Sequence record: OQ845957.1
DNA from: Escherichia phage pEC-M719-6WT.1
DNA: 64,000 nt
Reading direction: 5' to 3' (one strand)
Part shown: positions 39,835 to 49,559 of the stretch, one piece after another
Layout: the number at the start of each line of letters is the position of its first letter
Numbering within the stretch: the stretch's first letter is position 1
Notes under the pieces: model-generated
The model's database searches: none
Seen by the model: the letters and a program-made list of their open reading frames with translations, nothing else
What the model was told of the DNA's origin: nothing
Translations under genes and position numbers: made by a program

Positions 39835-40324
39835 AGGTTTTGGCAATTGCCCTGAATATGGACATTGGATTTCACTGTGCGGGGAGATTGACCCCGCTAA
39901 GTATTTTGGTTTCGTTTACTTAGTGTACTGCAAAAAGACTGGACAGTACTATTTGGGTAAGAAGCAGTTTAACAATGTCACCAAGAAGAAAGTAGCTGGA
40001 AAGACCAGACGTAAGATTGTGACAAAAGAGAGTGACTGGATGGTTTACCAGACCTCTTCTGAATACATTAAGAAAGATATTGAAACTTTCGGTGAAAAAG
40101 AGTTTGACTTCTATATTGTCCAAACTTATTATACGCGAGGTGGGTTGGTCTACGGAGAAGCTAACCTTCAGCATAAGTTTGACGTCATGACAAAAAGGAT
40201 TGACTCCAAGCTTCGACTCTTCTACAATGCAAACATTGCAGCAATCAAGTTTCTGACTAAAGAGACTTATGAAGATGCTGAGAAGAGAATCCATAAAATC
40301 ATGAAACTTAATGAGAGAGAATAA
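39824..40324 (+). CDS. GIY-YIG-like domain protein (possible nuclease)
   Basis: FVY-x10-YLG arrangement (FVYLVYCKKTGQYYLGKK). Confidence 0.4.
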   Translation: MKIKGFGNCPEYGHWISLCGEIDPAKYFGFVYLVYCKKTGQYYLGKKQFNNVTKKKVAGKTRRKIVTKESDWMVYQTSSEYIKKDIETFGEKEFDFYIVQTYYTRGGLVYGEANLQHKFDVMTKRIDSKLRLFYNANIAAIKFLTKETYEDAEKRIHKIMKLNERE

Positions 40325-40538
40325 TATGATATTTAACAAAATTAATAATGACCACGTAGCTAAGATTGACAGCCACATTGCAGCACTGAAAGATGCAATC
40401 GTAAAAGCGAAAGCAGCTACGGAGTCCGAAATGGAGGCTCTTGAGTCCCAGATTCAGCACCTGATTAACAAACGTGTTGAACTGAAAGGCCGACTGGATT
40501 ATATTGAGTCTCAGCAGAAACTGTTTCAGGAGGTTTAA
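40311..40538 (+). CDS. Small coiled-coil protein
   Basis: 75 aa ORF. Confidence 0.4.
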   Translation: MRENNMIFNKINNDHVAKIDSHIAALKDAIVKAKAATESEMEALESQIQHLINKRVELKGRLDYIESQQKLFQEV

Positions 40539-41293
40539 TGTTTAATTCCAGAGAATCCGTTTTAACTTGGAATCAGCGTTGTGGTAATACCCCGTTGACT
40601 CCTTATACACCTGAGTATTGGTCTTCAATGCATAGTCAAGCACTTTGCATGTTAGAAGAGGCAAAAGAGCTTTTGAAAGCCATTGATGAAAAAGACCCTA
40701 TTGAGGCTCTTGATGCTCAGGCAGATTTACAGTATGTTCTTGATGGACTGATTTACCTTTCACAGCATGACCATGACGGAGCTATGAAAGCAGTCTGTCA
40801 GAATAACAACCTGAAGTATACCGATAACTACGAAGAAGCTTTGAAGCGTCTTGCAGATATCGAGAAGCGTACTGGTGATGAATGTCGTGTACGTGCTTCA
40901 ATGATTGACGGAAAAGAATGGTACGCCATTGTCCGTGAATCTGATAAGAAGATTATGAAGCAGTCTAATCTTCCTAAAGTACAGCTTGCAGAGTTCATCG
41001 CGGAACTTGAAAGCAAAGAATTGTTCGTGGTAACATCTGACACATGTGTTATCTGTAAAGGTCTTGTAGGAAGTTTGAAAGACCTTGGATTGAGTGACTT
41101 CACAGAAGTTCGACCAATCAGTTCGAAAGCAGACAAAGACTTCTGCCGAGAAAACGGATTATGGCTTGCAGATATTGTTTACTATGACGGTGAGAAGTTC
41201 CATGTGACCTCATACCCGAAACTGAACTATGATGCAAATAACCTGAAGAATTGGTTAAAAGGGGTTGGTTATAATGGATTCACAGAACATTAA
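40538..41293 (+). CDS. MazG-like nucleotide pyrophosphohydrolase domain protein with C-terminal thioredoxin-fold-like region
   Basis: N-terminal LEEAKELL...DAQADLQYVLDG acidic-helix pattern; C-terminal CVIC and YYDGEKF motifs. Confidence 0.4.
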   Translation: MFNSRESVLTWNQRCGNTPLTPYTPEYWSSMHSQALCMLEEAKELLKAIDEKDPIEALDAQADLQYVLDGLIYLSQHDHDGAMKAVCQNNNLKYTDNYEEALKRLADIEKRTGDECRVRASMIDGKEWYAIVRESDKKIMKQSNLPKVQLAEFIAELESKELFVVTSDTCVICKGLVGSLKDLGLSDFTEVRPISSKADKDFCRENGLWLADIVYYDGEKFHVTSYPKLNYDANNLKNWLKGVGYNGFTEH

Positions 41294-41597
41294 TACTGAA
41301 GAGGTGGCTCCAAAGAGCCATTTCTCAAACTATAATCTCTCTATGACAGTGTTTATGAATGATTCACTGCTAGAGAAATATGGTGAGACTCCAGATACTA
41401 TTCTGGACAATGAGCAAGTCTTACGGGCAGTTCTTTACAAATATGGGCTAGATATTGATAAAGACTACTCTTATGAGATTTGTCAGCACAGAAACACTTT
41501 TGGTAAAGTTGTTCTGGCTCCACTATTCATGGGTGTTGAGCGCGTCGATGAACAGTGGACTTACTTAAAACGTAACTTGGATAGATACCATGTCTAA
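41265..41597 (+). CDS. Hypothetical protein
   Basis: 110 aa ORF. Confidence 0.45.
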   Translation: MVIMDSQNINTEEVAPKSHFSNYNLSMTVFMNDSLLEKYGETPDTILDNEQVLRAVLYKYGLDIDKDYSYEICQHRNTFGKVVLAPLFMGVERVDEQWTYLKRNLDRYHV

Positions 41598-41925
41598 AAC
41601 TAAAAAGTTGACAGTAGAAGAAATCAAATCGGGTGTTGAACTCGGTGTCGATAAGTTTGGAGAATCAATTCATTTCGGTGACTTTGTAATGTACACTCAG
41701 GACTGTAAAGGCCGTAGTAACATTTGCTTTGGTAGAGTTGTCTGTAAAGTTCGTGGTAACTTTGCAATAGCCAGAATTGATGACAACATTTACGAGAAGC
41801 TTGATAGGGTTATGGGTGAGAACTACGGATACTGGTATTGCAATGCAATGTCAAAAGGTTCTATCACCAAAGTCTCTCAGAAGTTTTATGAACTCTGGGA
41901 AAATAAAAAGATTTTTAGCATTTAA
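41590..41925 (+). CDS. Hypothetical protein
   Basis: 111 aa ORF. Confidence 0.45.
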   Translation: MSKTKKLTVEEIKSGVELGVDKFGESIHFGDFVMYTQDCKGRSNICFGRVVCKVRGNFAIARIDDNIYEKLDRVMGENYGYWYCNAMSKGSITKVSQKFYELWENKKIFSI

Positions 41926-41932
41926 TCTCTAA

Positions 41933-41957
41933 GGGGTCTCTTCGGAGACCCTTTTTC
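41933..41957 (+). terminator. Rho-independent terminator
   Basis: GGGGTCTC-TTCG-GAGACCC followed by TTTTTC. Confidence 0.75.
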
Positions 41958-41977
41958 ACCTGTAGGACTCTAAAATA

Positions 41978-44212
41978 ATGATTAAGACCATTCGCAAATC
42001 TGACGGTACAATCGTACCGTTCGAACCAGAACGTTTAAACAAATGGGCTTCATGGGCTGACAAACGAGGAATCATTTGGTCAGAAGTCACTATGGAAGCT
42101 ATGAAGCATATCTATGAAGGTTGCTCTACCAAAGAGATGCACCAAGCTATGATTGACGTTTGTATTGATAAGCAGACTCAAGAATACTCTGATATGGCTG
42201 GTCGATTACTTCTTGGTATCATCTACAAAGAAGCTTTTGGGGGTTTCACAAAAGTTCCTCAACTGTTTAACTTCGTCATGAAGATGGAGCAGATGGGTTT
42301 GTGGGAACACATGGATTACACTGAACAAGAGATTGACTATTTACAAGGTCACATTGTTCACTCAAAAGATATCTCTTACGGTTATGCAGTACTGAAACAG
42401 TTCCGTGACAAATACGGTATCCGAGATATCAAGTCAGGTCGTCTGTTTGAGTCTCCACAATTTATGTTTATGGGTATGGCTATGAAAGCCTTTGAGAGAC
42501 AACCTAAGCACCGTAGACTGGAAGATGTTATCAAACTGTACACTTACCTGTCTGACCTGAAGATTAACGCTCCTACGCCTTATCTGAATGGTTTACGTGC
42601 TACTAAGTCAGGTTATGCGTCATGTTGCTTAATCAAAGCTAATGACACTGCTGAGTCTCTTGGCATTGCTACTAAGGTAGCTTATGATATGACCACGAAG
42701 CAAGCTGGTATTGGTATGCTGATGGAGACCCGTACAATTGGTGACGGTATTCGTCAAAACACCATTGAACACATGGGTAAGCTGCCTTATTACAAGCTTG
42801 TACGTGCTGCTGTAGAGGCCAATAAGCAGAAGAGTCGTGGTGGTTCAGCTAACAACTTCTACACTGCCCTAGACCCGCAGATTGAAGATTTACTACGTTT
42901 GAAGCATCCTACAACGGTTCTTTCGAAGCGTATTAATGAGATGGACTATTCATTTGGTGCAAATGACTATTTCTGGCAGTGTGTGCAGTACGATACAGAT
43001 TGGTTGCTGTTCTCTTACAAGGACGCTCCAAAGCTTTATGACATGTTCTACACAGCATCTGCTGATGAGTTTGCTATGGCAGTTGGTCACGCAGTTCATT
43101 CAGGTGTTAAGCATAAGCGTGTTAAGGCTCGTGAAGTTGCCAAGCTGTTCATCCAGCAACGTTATGCTACAGGTCGTGTGTATCCGTTCTTTACGAACAA
43201 TGCAAACACTCACACACCGTTTAAAGAACCTTTGAAAATGTCTAACCTGTGTATGGAGATTGTATTGCCAGTTCATGGATTCGAAGATGAACGTGACCTT
43301 TACAGTTACACAGCACCTAAAGAAGATGGTGAAGTTGCTCTTTGCTTCTTGGCTAGTCTGGTAGCAGGGAGAATCACAGAAGATGAATACGCTGACGTTG
43401 CTTATTATGCTCTTGCAATGGTTGACTCCGTTATTGACCTTATGGACTATCCGTATCCGTCAATGCGTAACCACGTTCAGAAACGCCGTTCTGTTGGGAT
43501 TGGCCTTACGAATGTGGCTCACTACCTTGCGAAGAACTACGTGAACTATTCTTCAAGAGCAGGTAAAACGAGACTGCATGAACTTGCAGAGATGCACTCT
43601 TACTATCTGCATGAGGCATCATTAAGACTTGCAAAAGAACGTGGTGTACCTGAGTATATGCAGTTCACCAAGTATCCTGAAGGTTGGGTTCCTCCGAAGA
43701 CAGCTAACAGGAAGATTGATACAAAACACGATGCAAAACTTCGTTATGATTGGGATGACTTAGCAGACCGTATTAAGGCAAACGGTGGTATCAGAAACTC
43801 TGTGCTTGAGGCTTACATGCCTAACGAGAGTTCTTCACTGGCAACTAATACAACAAACGGTTTGTACCCAATTCGTGACTTCATCTTAACCAAGAAGTCA
43901 GCAACTGGTAACGTACTGTTTATCGTTCCAGACTACGAAGAGTTGAAGTATATCTATGAAATTGCTTGGGATATTGACACCTTTGATATGATTGATTGCT
44001 ATGCAATTGTTCAAAAATTCACTGGTCAAGCTATCTCTTCAGATTTCTATGTTGACTATTCAAAATCAAAAAAGGTATCATTAGAGCAAGCTTTGAAGTA
44101 CATGATTTATGCTAACTCAGTTGGGATGAAAACTATGTACTACCTTAACAGTCGTATTGGTGTTGGTAAGTCAGCACTTCAAGATGCTTACTGTGAAGGT
44201 TGTGGCGTTTAA
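41978..44212 (+). CDS. nrdA: Ribonucleotide reductase class Ia alpha subunit
   Basis: 744 aa; N-terminal ATP-cone-like region, C-terminal CxxC tail (CEGCGV), typical NrdA length. Confidence 0.85.
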   Translation: MIKTIRKSDGTIVPFEPERLNKWASWADKRGIIWSEVTMEAMKHIYEGCSTKEMHQAMIDVCIDKQTQEYSDMAGRLLLGIIYKEAFGGFTKVPQLFNFVMKMEQMGLWEHMDYTEQEIDYLQGHIVHSKDISYGYAVLKQFRDKYGIRDIKSGRLFESPQFMFMGMAMKAFERQPKHRRLEDVIKLYTYLSDLKINAPTPYLNGLRATKSGYASCCLIKANDTAESLGIATKVAYDMTTKQAGIGMLMETRTIGDGIRQNTIEHMGKLPYYKLVRAAVEANKQKSRGGSANNFYTALDPQIEDLLRLKHPTTVLSKRINEMDYSFGANDYFWQCVQYDTDWLLFSYKDAPKLYDMFYTASADEFAMAVGHAVHSGVKHKRVKAREVAKLFIQQRYATGRVYPFFTNNANTHTPFKEPLKMSNLCMEIVLPVHGFEDERDLYSYTAPKEDGEVALCFLASLVAGRITEDEYADVAYYALAMVDSVIDLMDYPYPSMRNHVQKRRSVGIGLTNVAHYLAKNYVNYSSRAGKTRLHELAEMHSYYLHEASLRLAKERGVPEYMQFTKYPEGWVPPKTANRKIDTKHDAKLRYDWDDLADRIKANGGIRNSVLEAYMPNESSSLATNTTNGLYPIRDFILTKKSATGNVLFIVPDYEELKYIYEIAWDIDTFDMIDCYAIVQKFTGQAISSDFYVDYSKSKKVSLEQALKYMIYANSVGMKTMYYLNSRIGVGKSALQDAYCEGCGV

Positions 44213-44230
44213 CTAAACAGGGGGCTGTAA

Positions 44231-44250
44231 AGCCCCTTTTGGAGAAACCA
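44231..44250 (+). terminator. Putative terminator/attenuator after nrdA
   Basis: GGGGCT-GTAA-AGCCCC-TTTT. Confidence 0.55.
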
Positions 44251-44525
44251 TGTTAGAACTCATTCAAGATGCAAGGAGCAGAGAACCAAACTGTGCTTTG
44301 TATCTGTATTATATTCCAAGGGAGTCTCTATATTATATCGCAGACTATCACCTGAAAGTTAAAATGCCAGATGGTTCTTGGAAAGAGCATCTCCGTTACA
44401 TTGATTGCTTTAATCCAAGCAACACTTATGCAAGGTCTCTTGACATGTTTAAAGTTGACCGTTGGCAAGTTTTAACAGCGTCAGAAGCCAGAGAATTTTA
44501 TGAAACAGGAAACCTACCATTATGA
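44250..44525 (+). CDS. Hypothetical protein
   Basis: 91 aa ORF between nrdA and nrdB. Confidence 0.45.
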   Translation: MLELIQDARSREPNCALYLYYIPRESLYYIADYHLKVKMPDGSWKEHLRYIDCFNPSNTYARSLDMFKVDRWQVLTASEAREFYETGNLPL

Positions 44526-45595
44526 TTAACCAACATCCAATCTTTTTAGGCGGTGAGCGAAAAACTTTTGACTCACTCAACAAACACTATCCAAAAATCT
44601 TTGAACTGTACAAACAGCAGAAAGCACAAGACTGGTCTGAAGATGAGTTCCCATTTGAGCAGTCACGATTAGATTTTGAAAGTGTTCCAGAATCAATGTC
44701 TGGTGTAATGCTTGAGATTCTTAAGTGGCAGTGGGAAGCTGATACACAGGTTGCTAAGAGTTTGGCATTTGCTTTTGCACCATTCATCTCTGATGATATC
44801 TACGCAACGGCAATTATGAAGCAATCTGAAATTGAGAACCTTCATGCCTTAACTTATTCAGAGATTGTTCGTCAGTGTATTAAGAATCCTGAAACAATCC
44901 TTGATGAGATTAACCAGAATGCTGCTGTACAAGACCGTCTGAAGACTGTGAACAGAGCACTGGAAGAACTACTTGACGAAGGTATCAACTATCGTCTAAG
45001 TTATGTTCGTGATTCACTGCTTGATAAAGACCCTTTACACTTCCACAAAGTGATTTTGAAAGGTCTCTTTGCAGTAACAGCCTTGGAAGGTGTATCCTTT
45101 ATGGCATCCTTTGCATGTACCTTTGCACTTGATGCACAAGATAAGTTCCAAGGTATTGCTCAGGCAGTACAGAAAATTATGCTTGATGAAATCCTTCACA
45201 CGAAGATTGACATTGAAGCACTGAAAGAGACTTTGAAAGATGAAGAATGGCAAGAAGCTTTCCGTCAGGTTCTTCCAGAAATCAAAGTAATTCTTGATGA
45301 AGTAGTTGAAAGTGAAGAGAAATGGTCTTATTATATTTTCTCTGAAGGTCGTGCCGTAGTTGGTTTGAATACAAAACTTCTGCATGAGTGGGTTTACTAT
45401 AATGCTGCACCATTGTATGATATGTTTGGTATTCCAAGAGACTTCGTAGCTCCTAAAGAACCACCTTTGAAATACATGATTAAGAAGATGGAAATTGACA
45501 AAGAGCAGAATGCTAACCAAGAGCAACAAAACGGTGCGTACTTGTTGAATACCGTTGTAGATGATTTAAACTCAGGATATTTAGAGGTTCCTTAA
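44522..45595 (+). CDS. nrdB: Ribonucleotide reductase class Ia beta subunit
   Basis: 357 aa; ferritin-like di-iron pattern (E...EILH), position directly after nrdA. Confidence 0.85.
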   Translation: MINQHPIFLGGERKTFDSLNKHYPKIFELYKQQKAQDWSEDEFPFEQSRLDFESVPESMSGVMLEILKWQWEADTQVAKSLAFAFAPFISDDIYATAIMKQSEIENLHALTYSEIVRQCIKNPETILDEINQNAAVQDRLKTVNRALEELLDEGINYRLSYVRDSLLDKDPLHFHKVILKGLFAVTALEGVSFMASFACTFALDAQDKFQGIAQAVQKIMLDEILHTKIDIEALKETLKDEEWQEAFRQVLPEIKVILDEVVESEEKWSYYIFSEGRAVVGLNTKLLHEWVYYNAAPLYDMFGIPRDFVAPKEPPLKYMIKKMEIDKEQNANQEQQNGAYLLNTVVDDLNSGYLEVP

Positions 45596-45837
45596 TGACT
45601 TACGTAATTTACTCCAAAACTGGTTGCCCTCAGTGCGAAACTGCAAAGAACTTTGCGAAGGCTCGTGGTATTGACCACGTTGTAAGAATGTTGGGGCAGG
45701 ATTATGAACTGTCAGACCTGATGGATATTGCACAGATGCCAGTTCGTCAGATGCCATTCATCATGAAGACTGACGACACTGTTCTGACTCCGGTTGGAAC
45801 ACTACAAAACTTTATGGCAGAGGTGAACAATACTTAA
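45595..45837 (+). CDS. nrdH: Glutaredoxin/NrdH-like redoxin
   Basis: 80 aa; CPQC active-site motif at residues 11-14. Confidence 0.7.
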   Translation: MTYVIYSKTGCPQCETAKNFAKARGIDHVVRMLGQDYELSDLMDIAQMPVRQMPFIMKTDDTVLTPVGTLQNFMAEVNNT

Positions 45838-46041
45838 GCGTTTGTGGGAAGGTTTCACAGTTGATGCACCGATGATTGTACTAGGTTTCTTCTTTGTGAA
45901 CCTGTTTATTGATATCAAACAAGGTGCTTTGTTTGGTGCTATGTTAGTATGGGTAATCTTTGAGATTCTAGAAATCCATCTTGACATTAGCGGAAAACTT
46001 AAAAAGTTTGTTGAGAAGATTTTCAAAAAGAATTAATATAA

Positions 46042-46064
46042 GGGTCTCTTCGGAGACCTTTTTC
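46042..46064 (+). terminator. Rho-independent terminator (identical stem to 41933 copy)
   Basis: GGTCTC-TTCG-GAGACC-TTTTTC. Confidence 0.7.
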
Positions 46065-46082
46065 GTATATAAAGGAGCACAA

Positions 46083-48224
46083 ATGGTCAAAGTACAAATT
46101 ATTAAAAAGAATGGCTCACTTGAAGAACCAGATATTAAGAAAGTCCTAGCAGCAGTTACAAAATCAGCTAACCGAGTTGGCTATAAAGAACTCCCGTTAG
46201 AAGTTGTTCATGCTCTTGAGTCAGCTTTTATGCGGATTCTTGTAAAGGCTTCTAACCAGAATGCTTTGCTGATTTCTGTAGATGATATTCACAGCATTGT
46301 TGAAGGGACTTTAGCAGAAGTTAATCACGAGATTTATGAATCTTATTCAACCTATCGTAACTACCGTAAAGAGGTTGCACAGAATTGGGATGAACTCTAT
46401 CAGAAGACTAAAGACACCCTCTTCTTAGGTGACCGTGAGAACGCTAACTTTGACAGCAGTTTAATCTCTACAAAGGGTTCTATCATTCGTGGATATCTGA
46501 CTAAAGAAATCTTCAAGCAGTATCACTTGACACCAGAAGAACTCGAAGCTATTGAAGCAGGTTTCATCTACATTCATGACCTGAGAGATTTGGTATTTGG
46601 TGGTATTAACTGCTGCCTGTTTGACATTGGTAAAGTCCTGAAAGGTGGCTTTGAAATGTCTGGTATTGAATACTGTGAACCAAAGTCTGTTCTGTCAGCT
46701 TTACAGGTTATTGGTGATGTTGTATTGTCAGCAACTGCACAGCAATTTGGTGGATTTACTTTAGCAGAGATTGATAAGGTGCTTGTACCGTATGCTAAGA
46801 AGTCTCTACGCTATCATGCTGAGAAAGCAGCATCTTACGGTATCCCTAAAGAACATTACCACAATTATGTCATGGAGCAGCTACAGATTGAATTAACTCA
46901 AGGTTTTCAGTCACTTGAGATGAAACTGAATACTGTACCTTGCAGCCGTGGTGACTTTGCATTCACAACTTTAACATTTGGTTTACTTGACTCAGACATG
47001 TCTAATGAAGACAACCGACTACAATACATGATTGCAAGCACTCTCCTAGATGTTCGTATGAATGGACAAGGTAAGAGCAAGAAGCCTGTTGTATTTCCTA
47101 AACTGGTTTATATCTATGACCAGAAGAGACATGATGAAAATATCTGTCAAGGACACCTGTACAGTAAAGCTATTGAGTGTTGCTCTAAAGCAATGTATCC
47201 AGACTTCTTAAGCGTATCTGGTCATGGTGCTGTAGCAGAAGCTTTTGAGCGTTCTGGCAAGGTAATTTCACCGATGGGTTGCAGAGCGTTTTTATCACCA
47301 TATCTTAACGAAGATGGTGAAGAATTTTATGTAGGTCGTGCAAACATTGGTGCAGTATCTTTGAACTTGCCAATGATTTACCAGTATGCTAGAGAGAATG
47401 GTTTAGACTTCTGGAGAGAGATTGACAAATACCTTGAAATGATTCGCAGTTTTCATAAGAAACGTTATGAGATGATTGCTAACATGCCAGCAAGTTCAAA
47501 CCCTCTAGCATTCACACAAGGTGGATTGTACAAAGGGAATAAGAAGCCAACTGATAAGATTGGTTGGGATACTGTGAAATCCTTCACAGCATCTTTCGGT
47601 GTAACTGCACTTGATGAGCTTTCTGTACTGGCTGGAGAAGGTAGACTGCATGAGTCTCAGAAAGTGATTGCACAGCAAGTTCTAGACTACCTGAATGACC
47701 GTCTGGCATACTTTAAAGAGCAAGATGGCTTCTTGTATGCCCTTTATGGTACACCTGCTGAGAGCCTTTGTGGGACGCAATTGAAGCAGTTCCGTAATAT
47801 GTTTGGTGTTGTGAAAGATGTGTCTGATAAAGAATACTTCACTAACAGCTTCCATATGAACGTTGCAGCAGATATTACTCCGTATCAGAAGCAAGACTTG
47901 GAAGAATCTCTGTTCCATAGCTGTAATGGTGGTCACATCCAGTACATTCGTCTGGCTAACCCAGAGAACCATAAAGCTATCAGGGCTTGTGTCTCAAGAG
48001 GCATGGGTAAAGGATTCTATCAAGGGGTTAACTTTGACTTAGCAATCTGTGAGAATTGTGGTCATCGCCCTAATTCAGATGTTGAAGAGTGTCCTAAGTG
48101 TCATTCACATGATATCTCAGTTATCAACCGTGTCTGTGGTTACCTTGGATGGACTAAGATTAAAGGAACCTCAAGAATGAATGATGCAAAAATTGCTGAG
48201 ATTCGTGACAGAAAATCTATGTAA
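46083..48224 (+). CDS. nrdD: Anaerobic ribonucleoside-triphosphate reductase
   Basis: C-terminal CENCGH...CPKCH zinc site and glycine-radical motif RVCGYLG; ORF-track start at 45981 is TTG, ATG at 46083 follows AAGGAG RBS. Confidence 0.85.
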   Translation: MVKVQIIKKNGSLEEPDIKKVLAAVTKSANRVGYKELPLEVVHALESAFMRILVKASNQNALLISVDDIHSIVEGTLAEVNHEIYESYSTYRNYRKEVAQNWDELYQKTKDTLFLGDRENANFDSSLISTKGSIIRGYLTKEIFKQYHLTPEELEAIEAGFIYIHDLRDLVFGGINCCLFDIGKVLKGGFEMSGIEYCEPKSVLSALQVIGDVVLSATAQQFGGFTLAEIDKVLVPYAKKSLRYHAEKAASYGIPKEHYHNYVMEQLQIELTQGFQSLEMKLNTVPCSRGDFAFTTLTFGLLDSDMSNEDNRLQYMIASTLLDVRMNGQGKSKKPVVFPKLVYIYDQKRHDENICQGHLYSKAIECCSKAMYPDFLSVSGHGAVAEAFERSGKVISPMGCRAFLSPYLNEDGEEFYVGRANIGAVSLNLPMIYQYARENGLDFWREIDKYLEMIRSFHKKRYEMIANMPASSNPLAFTQGGLYKGNKKPTDKIGWDTVKSFTASFGVTALDELSVLAGEGRLHESQKVIAQQVLDYLNDRLAYFKEQDGFLYALYGTPAESLCGTQLKQFRNMFGVVKDVSDKEYFTNSFHMNVAADITPYQKQDLEESLFHSCNGGHIQYIRLANPENHKAIRACVSRGMGKGFYQGVNFDLAICENCGHRPNSDVEECPKCHSHDISVINRVCGYLGWTKIKGTSRMNDAKIAEIRDRKSM

Positions 48225-48235
48225 GTAGTTGACAA

Positions 48236-48273
48236 GGTAGTGTAGGTCTTGATAGGCTTGCACTACCTTTTTT
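48236..48273 (+). terminator. Rho-independent terminator after nrdD
   Basis: GGTAGTG...CACTACC stem followed by TTTTTT. Confidence 0.6.
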
Positions 48274-48379
48274 ATTGGATGTTAGATATGGCAGAGAACA
48301 TCATTGGACTATTCATAGTTTCAATCTTACTAGGGTTCTTTTTAGGACTCCTTTATTGTGAATTAAGAGGAAAGTTAAA

Positions 48380-48778
48380 ATGTTTAAAATCTCAAAAGCG
48401 TTAATGGAAGTGCTGAAAGAATGCACGTTAGATGATGGAAAGTGTGAGAAAGAGCATCGTCGTGGTTCAAGCTTTTATCTCACCAGTGAACTCACAATCA
48501 CTCAAGAGCTAATTGACTCAATCAAAGAGGATGAAAACTTAGTAGTGCCTGATTGGTTACTTGATAAAATCATTACCATAACAGGTACTTGGGACGGTGA
48601 TTGGGGAACTGAGATTTTTGATATCTCATTCTACAGCTACATCCAGAAGATGAATCCTAAGTATGTGGCCTTGATGACTGCTGCGCAAGATAGTAAAATC
48701 TTGCAAGACTTCATTTACAAACACTGTCCAGAATATGTTATATCTTACGAAAAGATTGAAGTGGAGGTAGTAGAATGA
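48380..48778 (+). CDS. Hypothetical protein
   Basis: 132 aa ORF between nrdD and nrdG. Confidence 0.5.
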   Translation: MFKISKALMEVLKECTLDDGKCEKEHRRGSSFYLTSELTITQELIDSIKEDENLVVPDWLLDKIITITGTWDGDWGTEIFDISFYSYIQKMNPKYVALMTAAQDSKILQDFIYKHCPEYVISYEKIEVEVVE

Positions 48779-49260
48779 ATTTTATGGAAATTCGAGGATT
48801 CGATACAGCTAATGGTGAAGGTGCTCGTGTGAGTATCTTTGTAGCTGGTTGCAAGCATCACTGTGAAGGTTGTTTCAACAAAGAATCTTGGAAATTCAAT
48901 GCAGGTAAAGAGTTTACTGATTTTGATATGGCTGATATCTTAGCTATGTTGAAAGATGATGGTATAGAAGGTTTGTCAGTGTTAGGTGGGGAACCTTTAG
49001 AAGAACGAAACATTGACACTGTAGCGTATATCTGCAAGACTGTTAAAGAGCATTATCCAGAGAAATCTATCTGGCTTTGGACAGGTTTCCAGCTTCACCA
49101 AAAAATTCACCATGAAGTAATGGAATATGTTGACGTGGTGATTGATGGTAAGTATGATGCTTCTAAACCAACGAACAAACCGTATCGTGGTTCTGATAAC
49201 CAAAACCTTTGGAGAAAAGAATATGGCTGGCAAGGCGATTGTCAATGGCGTACAGAGTAG
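48775..49260 (+). CDS. nrdG: Anaerobic RNR activating enzyme (radical SAM)
   Basis: 161 aa; radical-SAM-like cysteine cluster CKHHCEGC. Confidence 0.8.
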   Translation: MNFMEIRGFDTANGEGARVSIFVAGCKHHCEGCFNKESWKFNAGKEFTDFDMADILAMLKDDGIEGLSVLGGEPLEERNIDTVAYICKTVKEHYPEKSIWLWTGFQLHQKIHHEVMEYVDVVIDGKYDASKPTNKPYRGSDNQNLWRKEYGWQGDCQWRTE

Positions 49261-49543
49261 TGGTGGATTCAAACGTGGCGAGATTGTTATGGTAACCTGT
49301 AACATGTCTCTGTTTGGTAGCTACAAAGTCAATCCAGAAACTCTCGAAGAGTGGAGAAACTACACAAAAAGCCTATTTGATTCCACTGGAATGATAGCCT
49401 TGAAGCAGATTGAGGACGCTGGAGTATTTAAAGTAAAATACAAAGCACATTTCTCAAACTTTTACGCGACAAACTTGAGAGTTGATGATAAAGTTGTCGC
49501 AGTTACCGAAGAAGAACTGAATAAGTTCTGTATTAAACTTTAA
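49223..49543 (+). CDS. Hypothetical protein
   Basis: ATG at 49223 preceded by GGAGAAAAG; ORF track extends further upstream. Confidence 0.45.
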   Translation: MAGKAIVNGVQSSGGFKRGEIVMVTCNMSLFGSYKVNPETLEEWRNYTKSLFDSTGMIALKQIEDAGVFKVKYKAHFSNFYATNLRVDDKVVAVTEEELNKFCIKL

Positions 49544-49559
49544 TAAGAGAGATATTAAA

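Noticed and set aside
45842-46036. 64 aa hydrophobic ORF between nrdH and nrdD
   Set aside because: Listed start is TTG and internal ATGs lack a convincing RBS. It overlaps a terminator hairpin region, so coding status is too uncertain to report as a feature.
45981-46082. N-terminal extension of nrdD in the ORF track (and similar extended starts at 32940, 35410, 38782, 59243, 61308, 29653)
   Set aside because: The extended starts are TTG/GTG codons without an RBS. Downstream ATGs have GGAG-type RBSs and, for nrdD, follow a terminator, so the shorter forms were used.
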